From the IMG/VR virus record IMGVR_UViG_3300023174_002851, positions 6,801 to 70,800 of that record: a stretch of DNA of 64,000 nt; one strand, 5' to 3'. The position numbers and the translations under genes are program-made. Origin of the DNA: a virus. The notes under the pieces are model-generated. The model saw only the letters and a program-made list of their open reading frames with translations. It did not search any database and was not told where the DNA came from. This document shows, piece after piece, positions 49,373-58,469 of the stretch. Each line of letters starts with the position of its first letter. The stretch's first letter is position 1.

Positions 49373-51415
49373 ATGCTGAAAAAAATCCTAACTAGTCCTT
49401 GGACTGCCCTAATTACGTTGGCACTTATTTTAAGTATAAGAATTGCCGATCCTGTCTTTGTAGAAAGTGTAAGATTACGCTACTTTGACACACTAATAAC
49501 TTCTAAAGAACCTACTGCCAATAACATCTATACTGTAAACATAGATGAATCAGCATTAGACAAATACGGCCAATGGCCGCTACCAAGGGCAGAATATGCA
49601 AAAATTATTAAAGATCTTTATGCTCGCGGTGCTGGCCTTGTTGTGCTCAATGTTATCATGGCTGAGTCTGATCGTACTGGCGGAGATGCTACTCTTGCCG
49701 CAGCTCTTAAAAATAATCCCGTAGTACTGCCTAGTGCTCCTAGTCAAAAAACAAAGAACACACCGCGTGTTCCTGGTAGTGCAGTATTAGGTCCAGAGTG
49801 GTTAGATCAAATAGTCACTTATCCTGGACTGATAGCCAACATTCCCCAATTAGAAAATAATGCTGTAGGTGTAGGCATTATCAGTACTTTACCTGAAGTT
49901 GACGGTGTCAATCGTCGATTACCGCTAATAGCAGCGATAGACGGCAAATTATATCCTAGCATAGCTATGGAAACGCTGAGGGTAGCTGCCGGTGATTCAA
50001 CATTTCAGGTAAAACTATTTGAAGGTGGCGTTGAGAAAATGCGCATACCTAAATTTGGTCCTGTAACAACAGACAACCTAGGTCGTGTTTGGATTGATTG
50101 GAGTCAAGAAAACAAGCAGGTAAGCCTTATGGACTTGCCCAAGAACTTTAATGGTGCTATAGTTATAGTAGGTCCTACCGCTGCTGGTATTAGTAATCCT
50201 GTGCCAACTGCCCGAGGTGCTGTATTCCCACAAGATGTGCAGGCTGCTGCAATTAGCACTATGATCAATGGAGTGGTTATTCAACGTCCTGACTGGGCAG
50301 ATGGCGCAGAGATATTGTTATTTTTAGCCGCAGGTATTTTATTATTATTTTTGACAAGGTGGACTTATGTTGGTATTGGGGCAGGTATTGTTATCATTGG
50401 CGCTGTTGTACCTTTATGTGGATACGCATATAGCAGTAGCTCGTGGCTTGTGGACGCGACTCTTCCGGTCGGCGGCCTTGTTTTGGTTATGCTTCATGCT
50501 TATGGTGTCAAGTTTGTAAGTGAGTTCTTACAGAAGCAGGCAATCAAGAAACAGTTTGCTGGCTATTGCTCTAAGGAAGTTGTAGAGCTACTACAAAAAG
50601 ATCCAGACCTAATCAAGCGTGGTGTACGTAAAGACGTATCAGTTATGTTCAGTGACTTGCGCGGCTTTACTCCTATTGGTGAACACTATGGTGATGACGT
50701 CGCTGGACTAGGCAAGTACATGAACGGCTACATGGATGCTATCAGTCAGCCGATGCTGGACAACAAAGGTATGGTTATCAAGTATGTAGGTGATGCAAGT
50801 ATGCACATACATGGCGCACCTATTGAAGATCCTAACCACGCACGAACAATCGTTGCTGTTGGACTACAGATGTTAGATGCTGTAGACGAGTACACTAAGA
50901 TAATGGAAGTACAAGGCCTACCCCCTGCCGCGATGGGTTGGGGTTGTAATACTGGTATTGGCTTTATTGGCGAGATGGGATCAACTGAACGACACAGCTA
51001 TGACATCTTGGGTGATATGGTTTCAACTGCGGCACGACTAGAAGCACGTTGTAAAGCCTATGGCGTACTATGCATTATTGGTGCTGAAACATACAACCGT
51101 ACTAAAGATGATTTCTTCTATTTGTTGCTAGACAACTTACAACCAAAAGGTAAAACTGTTGCTGATTTGATTTATACAGCACTACGCACAAAAGGTGCTG
51201 ATTACAGTAAAGAACTTGAAACACATAACAAGATGCATGCCTTGTACAAAGAGAAGCAGTTTGATGCCGCAGCCATCCTTTGTGGAGAACTAAAGGGCAA
51301 GTTTGGTGGACAGATGGACAAATATTACAAGATGTGGATCGAACGCTGTGCATTTATGAAACAGCAAGATCTAGGCGATAACTGGAACGGTGAATTTGTA
51401 GCACACGAAAAGTAA
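49373..51415 (+). CDS. CHASE2-domain class III adenylate/guanylate cyclase
   Basis: IDE..L..YGQWP.PR CHASE2 domain, 3 TM helices, FSDLRGFT, KYVGDA, GD.V..AARLE. Confidence 0.92.
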   Translation: MLKKILTSPWTALITLALILSIRIADPVFVESVRLRYFDTLITSKEPTANNIYTVNIDESALDKYGQWPLPRAEYAKIIKDLYARGAGLVVLNVIMAESDRTGGDATLAAALKNNPVVLPSAPSQKTKNTPRVPGSAVLGPEWLDQIVTYPGLIANIPQLENNAVGVGIISTLPEVDGVNRRLPLIAAIDGKLYPSIAMETLRVAAGDSTFQVKLFEGGVEKMRIPKFGPVTTDNLGRVWIDWSQENKQVSLMDLPKNFNGAIVIVGPTAAGISNPVPTARGAVFPQDVQAAAISTMINGVVIQRPDWADGAEILLFLAAGILLLFLTRWTYVGIGAGIVIIGAVVPLCGYAYSSSSWLVDATLPVGGLVLVMLHAYGVKFVSEFLQKQAIKKQFAGYCSKEVVELLQKDPDLIKRGVRKDVSVMFSDLRGFTPIGEHYGDDVAGLGKYMNGYMDAISQPMLDNKGMVIKYVGDASMHIHGAPIEDPNHARTIVAVGLQMLDAVDEYTKIMEVQGLPPAAMGWGCNTGIGFIGEMGSTERHSYDILGDMVSTAARLEARCKAYGVLCIIGAETYNRTKDDFFYLLLDNLQPKGKTVADLIYTALRTKGADYSKELETHNKMHALYKEKQFDAAAILCGELKGKFGGQMDKYYKMWIERCAFMKQQDLGDNWNGEFVAHEK

Positions 51416-51430
51416 CACGAAAGGATCAAC

Positions 51431-52075
51431 ATGAAAGGCCGAATAGCTCTTTTCTTACATCAACCAAAGTGTTCGATACAGAGTGGTAATGGTATTATGA
51501 AAGCCTTAGAGGATCACTATTCCTTTAAAATTTTCACTAGGCACGAACTAGAAGACGATTTCTTTGATAATGTTGATATGATTGCATTTCCTGGCGGAAT
51601 AGGAGATGCTGATAGTTTTGATTATCTAACTCAAGAACACAAGGATCGTATACAGCAATTTGTAACCCGTGGTGGTCGCTATCTTGGCATTTGCATGGGT
51701 GCCTATTGGGCAGGTAAAGACTATTTTAATCTAGTTCCTAACATAGACGCTTGTCAATATATCACAAGGCCCAATACTGATACTCGTAGGCCTCATGCTA
51801 AGTCGCTTGCAGTTACATGGCAAGGACAACAAGAGAAAATGTTTTTCTACGACGGGTGTGCTTTAATAGGTGATACTAGCAAGTTTGAAACTATAGCAAC
51901 CTACGCCAACGGAGATCCGATGGCCATAATACAAAACAGAATAGGTCTTATAGGCTGTCATCCCGAAAGCGAACGTCACTGGTATGAAAATTACAGCTGG
52001 ATGAAAAAAGAATGGCATGGTGGAAAACACCATGCCATTCTGTTAGACTTTGTCAACAATCTAATGAGTAGATAA
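51431..52075 (+). CDS. BPL_N / class I glutamine amidotransferase-like protein
   Basis: FPGG, YLGICMGAY, HPE. Confidence 0.8.
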   Translation: MKGRIALFLHQPKCSIQSGNGIMKALEDHYSFKIFTRHELEDDFFDNVDMIAFPGGIGDADSFDYLTQEHKDRIQQFVTRGGRYLGICMGAYWAGKDYFNLVPNIDACQYITRPNTDTRRPHAKSLAVTWQGQQEKMFFYDGCALIGDTSKFETIATYANGDPMAIIQNRIGLIGCHPESERHWYENYSWMKKEWHGGKHHAILLDFVNNLMSR

Positions 52076-52076
52076 A

Positions 52077-52430
52077 TTAGCTGCTTCCACCTGCTGCTTC
52101 TTTCTTGCTAATTTTATCAGCTTCGTCCATAGCTTCATGGAATTTCTTGTTAGCCTGTGCTTCAGTTATTGCGGTTTCCATAACACGATCACCTTCAATC
52201 ATCTTACCACGTAAATGTAGCACTGTGTTGACTTTTTGATTTAAACGAATCAGGTCATTGTCCAGCATACGTATACGATCAATAAGAGCAATAAGAACCG
52301 TATTGGCATCACTGATAACAGGTTTAACTTCTTTAGTGGCCCACTCCCAAACGTATTTGATGATAAAGCCCATTCCAACTGCCATAACAATGGGAAATCC
52401 ATATTTGTTTACTAATTCTACAACATCCAT
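52077..52430 (-). CDS. Single-TM coiled-coil protein (holin-like), paralog B
   Basis: YGFPIV TM helix, then LIDRIRMLDNDLIRL. Confidence 0.65.
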   Translation of the reverse strand: MDVVELVNKYGFPIVMAVGMGFIIKYVWEWATKEVKPVISDANTVLIALIDRIRMLDNDLIRLNQKVNTVLHLRGKMIEGDRVMETAITEAQANKKFHEAMDEADKISKKEAAGGSS

Positions 52431-52432
52431 AA

Positions 52433-52582
52433 TTACCTCACTATGTAACCAAAAAAGAATCCCACCACCATAGCCACGCTACAAAATAGCGCAACATCCT
52501 TGTCGTGCCATAGTGGTTGTGTTTTTAAATACTCTTTAGTATGCGCAGGCAAGCTGTCATACCATTTAGTCCATTTGCTCAT
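52433..52582 (-). CDS. Small membrane protein (49 aa)
   Basis: SD AAGGAG; MSKWTKWYDSLP...QPLWHD followed by a TM helix. Confidence 0.5.
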   Translation of the reverse strand: MSKWTKWYDSLPAHTKEYLKTQPLWHDKDVALFCSVAMVVGFFFGYIVR

Positions 52583-52763
52583 TTTGTCTCCCTTCTTCTA
52601 TAAATTTAACTAGAGGATGCAGTTTAACTAACCGGCAACGACCGTTGACGTTGACTAGTTTAAAAAGATCACCACCACGCCAGCCCAGTTTATCCACGTT
52701 TAATTCTGCGTCTAATATAATACCGTTTTCGTCTAAATCCCAATCGTAATCGTAGTGTCTCAT
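52566..52763 (-). CDS. Hypothetical protein
   Basis: 65-aa ORF in a minus-strand operon. Confidence 0.55.
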   Translation of the reverse strand: MRHYDYDWDLDENGIILDAELNVDKLGWRGGDLFKLVNVNGRCRLVKLHPLVKFIEEGRQNEQMD

Positions 52764-52764
52764 T

Positions 52765-52947
52765 TTACGCTCTCTTTCGCTTGTTTCTTTCAGCTAACAT
52801 ACGGAACCATTCTTTTCTTGCTTCAAGGTCAGAACGCATTTGAGTCAAGCGATCATCACCGTTATCCAGCGTGTAGATATAAAATATCACAATAACGGCC
52901 AATATACATAGTACGTGGAATAGATCAACGGTAACTGTATACACCAT
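52765..52947 (-). CDS. Small membrane protein
   Basis: N-terminal TM helix. Confidence 0.5.
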   Translation of the reverse strand: MVYTVTVDLFHVLCILAVIVIFYIYTLDNGDDRLTQMRSDLEARKEWFRMLAERNKRKRA

Positions 52948-53228
52948 CAGTCACGTCTCGCATCGTTTTTACCATCTGCTCGTGCAATACGGTCAACATC
53001 TGGTTTCAATCCTAATGCATTTGATACAACAGCGTCAATACGGATAACATCGTGATTCATTGTTTTTACACGGTTATCTAGAGCTGTAATAATACCAGCC
53101 ATGCCCTTGATTGATCCAAGTACACCCTGTAATAATAATTTAATTGTTAGGTATACAAAGTAGCCTCCGGCTAGTGCAGCCGCAACTGGCATGCCCAAAT
53201 CGCCTATGATTTTAAATATATCGCCCAT
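52947..53228 (-). CDS. Single-TM coiled-coil protein (holin-like), paralog A
   Basis: LGMPVAA TM helix, then LDNRVKTMNHDVIRID; TAAATA at 53254 on the minus strand. Confidence 0.65.
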   Translation of the reverse strand: MGDIFKIIGDLGMPVAAALAGGYFVYLTIKLLLQGVLGSIKGMAGIITALDNRVKTMNHDVIRIDAVVSNALGLKPDVDRIARADGKNDARRD

Positions 53229-53264
53229 TTTTCGCTCCGCTCTGTAATATGAGTATTTAACCAT

Positions 53265-53293
53265 TTGACAGACTTTTAAACTGGTGCTATAAT
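53265..53293 (+). promoter_or_regulatory. Consensus sigma70 (early) promoter
   Basis: TTGACA-17-TATAAT. Confidence 0.8.
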
Positions 53294-53320
53294 ATATACA
53301 TATATTTCCATAGGCGAATC

Positions 53321-54181
53321 ATGAAAATCAAATTGGTCTCAGACCTTCATTTAGAATTCAGCGATATAAACATCACAAACAATGACAATTGTGATGTACT
53401 CATTTTGGGCGGCGATATCTGTATTGCCCAAGATTTACACGATCATCCAGAGTCAACCAATACTGCTGATCAAGCGGCCATTGCTGCCGGTACAGGATTA
53501 GGTCGCAGGCAAGCATCTGCTCAACGTTACCGAGACTTTTTCAAGCGTTGTAGTTTTCAGTTCCCGCATGTAATTTACATTATGGGCAATCACGAATTCT
53601 ACAACGGCAAGTTCTATGCTGGTATTGATTACATGCGAGAAGAATGTGCCAAGTACCCTAATGTTTACTTGTTAGAGCAAGACACAAAGATCATTGACGA
53701 TGTGGTGTTTGTTGGCGGCACACTTTGGACCAACATGAACCGGCGTGATCCGCTGACCATGCATGCCATTGAAGGTATGATGAACGACTTCCGTATCATC
53801 CGCAACGATCATAGAGGTTATGCCACTATGAGTGCGTTGGACGTAGCAGTTCGACACGACCGCACACTTGGTTACATTAAAGTTATTGTTGAAGAACATA
53901 AAGACAAGCGTTGCGTGGTAGTTGGACATCATACACCTAGCTTCCAAAGTATGCATCCAATGTATGCTAACGATACCCTAATGAATGGCGGCTATCATAG
54001 TGACTTGAGCGAGTTCATTCTAGATCATCCTCAGATCAAATTGTGGACACATGGACATACCCATCATCCCTTTGATTATGTCATAGGTGAGACTCGTGTT
54101 GTGTGTAACCCACGTGGCTACGAGAATGACGGATACAGTGAAGACACAGGATGGAATCCCAACATTGTGTTGGAGGTCTAA
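53321..54181 (+). CDS. Calcineurin-like metallophosphoesterase
   Basis: SDLHLE, GGDI, GNHE, HHTP, HGHTH, NPRGY. Confidence 0.9.
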   Translation: MKIKLVSDLHLEFSDINITNNDNCDVLILGGDICIAQDLHDHPESTNTADQAAIAAGTGLGRRQASAQRYRDFFKRCSFQFPHVIYIMGNHEFYNGKFYAGIDYMREECAKYPNVYLLEQDTKIIDDVVFVGGTLWTNMNRRDPLTMHAIEGMMNDFRIIRNDHRGYATMSALDVAVRHDRTLGYIKVIVEEHKDKRCVVVGHHTPSFQSMHPMYANDTLMNGGYHSDLSEFILDHPQIKLWTHGHTHHPFDYVIGETRVVCNPRGYENDGYSEDTGWNPNIVLEV

Positions 54182-54492
54182 TGAGCAAGCCTGTAGTAAT
54201 GTCTCCAAAGGCATGGGAAGGCGTATTAGCAAGGATTAAACAGAAGGAGAAACCTTCTGTTTATCTTTCACGTACCAAGATGAAAGAAGTGCTAGGATTC
54301 ACAGTACGTGATCACAGAGAGTATGTTAAAGATCCTGATTATGTTAGGCCAATTGATAATAGCGATTGGTTTAGTATACACATTGAAGGTTGGTACGAAG
54401 GAAAGATGAGTGTTCATACTGTTCGCTTGGATTTTTATAACGAAGAAAAACGCACAATGTTCCTATTAAAATATGGTAATGGCCAAGACTAA
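54181..54492 (+). CDS. Small paralog-family protein 1
   Basis: C-terminus LDFYNEEKRTMFLLKYG. Confidence 0.65.
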   Translation: MSKPVVMSPKAWEGVLARIKQKEKPSVYLSRTKMKEVLGFTVRDHREYVKDPDYVRPIDNSDWFSIHIEGWYEGKMSVHTVRLDFYNEEKRTMFLLKYGNGQD

Positions 54493-54715
54493 AGTTGGGT
54501 CACTCAATGATATTCTCAGCACTCGATCGAGGGCCACGTTTCCTTACAGAGTAAACTTTGACTCAATGAAGCGTACACAAATTGAAGAAATGGCAGTTTG
54601 GTGTATAACCAATTGCAAAGGCGTATGGCGTGAAGAACACAATCATGCTTTCTATTTTCAATTTGAAGATAATCTTGACGCAACCATGTTCATGTTAAAA
54701 TTTGGTGATAAATGA
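54473..54715 (+). CDS. Small paralog-family protein 2
   Basis: WC...FQFEDNLDATMFMLKFG. Confidence 0.65.
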   Translation: MVMAKTKVGSLNDILSTRSRATFPYRVNFDSMKRTQIEEMAVWCITNCKGVWREEHNHAFYFQFEDNLDATMFMLKFGDK

Positions 54716-55107
54716 AACTAGAATCTTGGCAACTAAACATGTTAGATAAGATGACAAAATATAAAGGTAAAGGCTTTGTACAAATTACAGGGCGTCAAAC
54801 AGGAAAAAGTTTTATGAGCTCATCAGCATTTCAGCGATTATGGAACGATTTATACAGCTCACCTGTATCAGATTTAAAATTAGATGAAGGCACAGTGTAT
54901 GGTGCAAGGTATTACACAGTACAGCCCGAAGGCGGCAATTGGCGCGAAATGGAGTCTTGGTGTGTGGAAATGTTTGGCGATCGCGGTGAAAGTATTTGGG
55001 GAGAAGAAAAAGCACCGACACCTGCGCAACGATGGTACACCAACAATCGCAAGTTTTGGTTTCGCGATGAACAGGACAGAATGATATTCGTTCTGAAATG
55101 GCGATGA
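54712..55107 (+). CDS. Small paralog-family protein 3
   Basis: WC...FWFRDEQDRMIFVLKW. Confidence 0.65.
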   Translation: MKLESWQLNMLDKMTKYKGKGFVQITGRQTGKSFMSSSAFQRLWNDLYSSPVSDLKLDEGTVYGARYYTVQPEGGNWREMESWCVEMFGDRGESIWGEEKAPTPAQRWYTNNRKFWFRDEQDRMIFVLKWR

Positions 55108-55304
55108 TAAGAGTAAAGATTGACGACAAGGATTTTAACAAGGCATACTGTAATGCTCTAGCTGACTTCCCCAAGATTGCCCTGGAACGCCCAAGGCAAT
55201 TTTATCAACGATGGGAAGAAACATACAGTTGCCGTGTTAGAGGAGAGTATGTTGAATTCCCCAACGAAGAAACATACACTTGGTTTATACTAAAATATGC
55301 GTAA
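55098..55304 (+). CDS. Small paralog-family protein 4
   Basis: VEFPNEETYTWFILKY. Confidence 0.65.
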   Translation: MAMIRVKIDDKDFNKAYCNALADFPKIALERPRQFYQRWEETYSCRVRGEYVEFPNEETYTWFILKYA

Positions 55305-55563
55305 CACATCCATTCACTACTGGCGATTCGATGACGGCACTAAGCCAATAAATCCCGGTAACCCATTTGGCGAAATGTTTGTGCCTCGTGGTTGGTACTG
55401 TTGGGTATATCCTAGCGATGATCAAGAGTTTGCCAATTGGATGGAACGTATGTGTCCTACTGCTGATGTAACACATCGATTTAACAACGGCAATCCCATG
55501 TGGACTGTGTATATTAGCGATGATGCAGAAGCAACACTATTTCAAGTAAGGTGGATGGGATGA
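55297..55563 (+). CDS. Small paralog-family protein 5
   Basis: VYISDDAEATLFQVRW. Confidence 0.65.
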   Translation: MRNTSIHYWRFDDGTKPINPGNPFGEMFVPRGWYCWVYPSDDQEFANWMERMCPTADVTHRFNNGNPMWTVYISDDAEATLFQVRWMG

Positions 55564-55817
55564 ATCTTGAAGATCAAATAATTGAAGAACTTGGCACACA
55601 AATGTCGAGTGAAATTGATAAAGAAATACTTTGGGGTATGCTGGCAAGCCTTGGATGGACTCGAGTGCTGTTACCTAGATTCGACAGTCGGGAACACTCG
55701 GTCGATGTTATTAAATGGTTGGAAGATAATTGTAAAAGTCCGTATGAACGTAAAGGCAGTGAAGTTATCTTTGAATCTGAACAAGAGGCGGCATGGTTCG
55801 TGTTAAAATGGCTGTGA
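55560..55817 (+). CDS. Small paralog-family protein 6
   Basis: VIFESEQEAAWFVLKW. Confidence 0.65.
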   Translation: MNLEDQIIEELGTQMSSEIDKEILWGMLASLGWTRVLLPRFDSREHSVDVIKWLEDNCKSPYERKGSEVIFESEQEAAWFVLKWL

Positions 55818-56053
55818 AAATAGAACTTACTGAAACTCAAAAACAAGAATGGTTGTACTATGAAACTGGCTTTGAACAGTTAAATCCTCTTTTGGAAATA
55901 CATCATTGGATGGAGCAACGAGGTTACAAGTACGGGGACGATTGGTTCTGCATGAACGATCGAACAAATGGAAATAGGAAACGCTATTGGCTAGAGTTCC
56001 CCGATGAAGAGATAGCAACCATGTTTATGATTAGGTGGAGCTCTACGGCATGA
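55808..56053 (+). CDS. Small paralog-family protein 7
   Basis: LEFPDEEIATMFMIRW. Confidence 0.65.
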   Translation: MAVKIELTETQKQEWLYYETGFEQLNPLLEIHHWMEQRGYKYGDDWFCMNDRTNGNRKRYWLEFPDEEIATMFMIRWSSTA

Positions 56054-56403
56054 GAGTAAATTGGCAACGGCACACCTTGGGGCATGAGTACATTTATTTG
56101 GGCAGGCCCCCTATCAAGGCTACATATCAGTATATGATAGTAGGAGACCGTGTGGAAGAGACTAAAGAACTAGTAGTACACGAATTTACCATGGGTGACG
56201 TAGAAGATCCAGATCTGTATGCTGCCCAACCATTGCACGAGTGGCAGACTAGCGATATAGGTAAATGGGTAATGGAGCATGCCGTTGAAACTCCCTGTTG
56301 GCACAGAATGGCAGATGTCATCAGTTACGGATACAAATATACCATCACTGCTAAACTACAAGGTGCAAGACTAACAGAATGGTTGTTGAGGAAAGGCAAA
56401 TGA
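56050..56403 (+). CDS. Hypothetical protein (divergent paralog-family member 8)
   Basis: GDVEDPDLYAA; C-terminus LTEWLLRKG. Confidence 0.6.
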   Translation: MRVNWQRHTLGHEYIYLGRPPIKATYQYMIVGDRVEETKELVVHEFTMGDVEDPDLYAAQPLHEWQTSDIGKWVMEHAVETPCWHRMADVISYGYKYTITAKLQGARLTEWLLRKGK

Positions 56404-56669
56404 GTAGTACGCCATATGAGATGAGAACCTCTACTATTTTCAAAGCTATCAAAGCAGAACATGATTTGAGGGCAGACGAACGTCTTATGAATCTGTTAGA
56501 AACCTATCACGATGTACATATTGGCAACGACATTGAGTTTGCTGAAAAACTCACATGGTGTCTAGAACATTGCCAAAGTAAGTTCCGTGACCTTAGTGAG
56601 CAAGATGGTAGAGTTTGGTATTTTGAAAATGAGCATGATGCAACAATGTTTGCCATGAAGTGGGCATGA
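56400..56669 (+). CDS. Small paralog-family protein 9
   Basis: WC...WYFENEHDATMFAMKW. Confidence 0.65.
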   Translation: MSSTPYEMRTSTIFKAIKAEHDLRADERLMNLLETYHDVHIGNDIEFAEKLTWCLEHCQSKFRDLSEQDGRVWYFENEHDATMFAMKWA

Positions 56670-56884
56670 ATAGAAAAATCTTTTGGGTCAATACCGCTAA
56701 TCGTAACACATTAGCAGGTAGAGCAGAAGTAGGTCTACAGCTAGCGGTTGGACTCAACGAATCTGATATTGATCCAATTCAAGCGTGGTGTGAACAACAT
56801 AGCTGTGGAAAACGTATCAGTTTCGATATGTTTAAATTTCGAAACAAAAAAGAAATCACAATGTTTTTATTAAAATGGGGTTAG
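56666..56884 (+). CDS. Small paralog-family protein 10
   Basis: WC...FKFRNKKEITMFLLKWG. Confidence 0.65.
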   Translation: MNRKIFWVNTANRNTLAGRAEVGLQLAVGLNESDIDPIQAWCEQHSCGKRISFDMFKFRNKKEITMFLLKWG

Positions 56885-56885
56885 T

Positions 56886-57395
56886 ATGAAAATTTATCTA
56901 GACATGGATGATGTAGTAGCAGATTGGATGCCCGCGGCTCGCGCCATTGTCAATCGAAATTGGAACTACGGTGAACGTATTCCGGAACAAGATTGGGACA
57001 AGGTTAAAGCCAAAAAGCGTTTCTATCGTGATCTGCCAATCAAGCCAGGCGCACACGAACTAGTGGCCTACTGCCAAGACCTATTGAGCAAAGGTGTCAT
57101 TGAGCATTTGGCATTTCTAACAGCACTACCGCATGATGATGCCGTACAGTATGCAGCCAGCGATAAAGTATTTTGGGCACACGAACGCTTTCCGGGAATT
57201 CCTGTATTTTTTGGACCCTACAGTTTTGACAAACACAAACATTGCCAACCAGGTGATGTCCTAATCGATGACCGTACCAGCAACTGCGAAGAATGGATCA
57301 GTGCAGGAGGCAAGTCTCATATCTACCGAACATGGGAATCCTGCAAGCCCTGGTTAGATGAAGTCATTTTGAACATTGACAAACCGCAAGAATGA
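56886..57395 (+). CDS. HAD 5'(3')-deoxyribonucleotidase
   Basis: YLDMDDVVAD, FLTA, LIDDR..N..W. Confidence 0.85.
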   Translation: MKIYLDMDDVVADWMPAARAIVNRNWNYGERIPEQDWDKVKAKKRFYRDLPIKPGAHELVAYCQDLLSKGVIEHLAFLTALPHDDAVQYAASDKVFWAHERFPGIPVFFGPYSFDKHKHCQPGDVLIDDRTSNCEEWISAGGKSHIYRTWESCKPWLDEVILNIDKPQE

Positions 57396-57404
57396 TGTTA
57401 TAAT
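57376..57404 (+). promoter_or_regulatory. Consensus sigma70 promoter
   Basis: TTGACA-17-TATAAT. Confidence 0.8.
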
Positions 57405-57434
57405 ATATTATCTTCAACAAGTAAAGAGAACATA

Positions 57435-57842
57435 ATGAAAATTGGATTCAGTCTAGGTCGATGTGTACGTGATATTGTCAACGGTGATGTTGCCATGGAC
57501 GATGTTGCTTTTGTTATTGCGGCTACAGCTATCCGTGACGGAGAAGAACACCTAGAGGCTGTGATCAACGATTATCTATATCGTCCAGATTATCTTGAAG
57601 ATTACGATCATGATGAATGTCAACGTGTGGCCAAAGAGCTTTGGGATACCAATCGTATCTTGCAACCACGCTTACAAGGACTGCATCGTCATCGTCAACC
57701 AGAAAATTCAGTTTGGGTAGATATGTTTCCTACGCACCTGTCAGAAAACGCCAGTGTTAAAACTGCATGGGAGCAATATCGATTTATGTTGCACATGGTA
57801 GAGAATGTTGACAACGAAGCCATAGAAGTATTCAAATCATGA
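57435..57842 (+). CDS. Hypothetical phage protein
   Basis: MKIGFSLGRCVRDIV...QPRL. Confidence 0.65.
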   Translation: MKIGFSLGRCVRDIVNGDVAMDDVAFVIAATAIRDGEEHLEAVINDYLYRPDYLEDYDHDECQRVAKELWDTNRILQPRLQGLHRHRQPENSVWVDMFPTHLSENASVKTAWEQYRFMLHMVENVDNEAIEVFKS

Positions 57843-58090
57843 TTCATTTTAATTTCCAAATTGATTGGCTGTGGAGCAACCGTTGGGACATCTTGTTCTT
57901 GTTCAACGGCCTGCTTGGACAAAATCATGCATGGGAATTTAATGGATACGCCACACATCAAATCGTTGATCTAAGTTTTTCCTACACTCGCAAATGCGAT
58001 CATGCTGGCATTATGTGCATGATCGGATTATTTGGATACGCTATAGAATTTAACTTATACGATACTAGACATTATGAACGAACGAATTAA
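57839..58090 (+). CDS. Hypothetical protein
   Basis: DHAG...YDTRH. Confidence 0.55.
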   Translation: MIHFNFQIDWLWSNRWDILFLFNGLLGQNHAWEFNGYATHQIVDLSFSYTRKCDHAGIMCMIGLFGYAIEFNLYDTRHYERTN

Positions 58091-58298
58091 AGAACTTTGG
58101 GACCAAGCGGCAAAACTTGAATCCAACCCTTCTTGGGAAGGGCAAACAAAGTTTATGGAAAAGTTCGCCGAGTTGCTTGTCAAGGAATGTTTAGAGGCTT
58201 GTAGCAGAGCAAATGAGATTAGACATTTTGTACCGCCAACACAAGAACAAGTGGTATTGAGTTGTATGCGTGAGATTGAAACAACATTTCGGAGTTGA
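58074..58298 (+). CDS. Hypothetical phage protein
   Basis: MNERIKEL...KFAELLVKEC pattern. Confidence 0.6.
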   Translation: MNERIKELWDQAAKLESNPSWEGQTKFMEKFAELLVKECLEACSRANEIRHFVPPTQEQVVLSCMREIETTFRS

Positions 58299-58301
58299 AG
58301 A

Positions 58302-58469
58302 ATGAAAATTCGATTTGATAAAGACACAATGCCCGACGAACTTTATAATTCGTTGCTACAACATTTTGTAAACGAAGCTGTAGGCTTAGGTGTAGAAGTA
58401 AACAAGTTTACTCAATTTGACAATTGGGTAATTGAATGTACTGTAGATGCAAAAGAAAGTGTACATTGA
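58302..58469 (+). CDS. Small hypothetical protein (55 aa, not in ORF track)
   Basis: SD GGAG; MKIRFDKDTMPDELY...; fills the gap exactly. Confidence 0.5.
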   Translation: MKIRFDKDTMPDELYNSLLQHFVNEAVGLGVEVNKFTQFDNWVIECTVDAKESVH

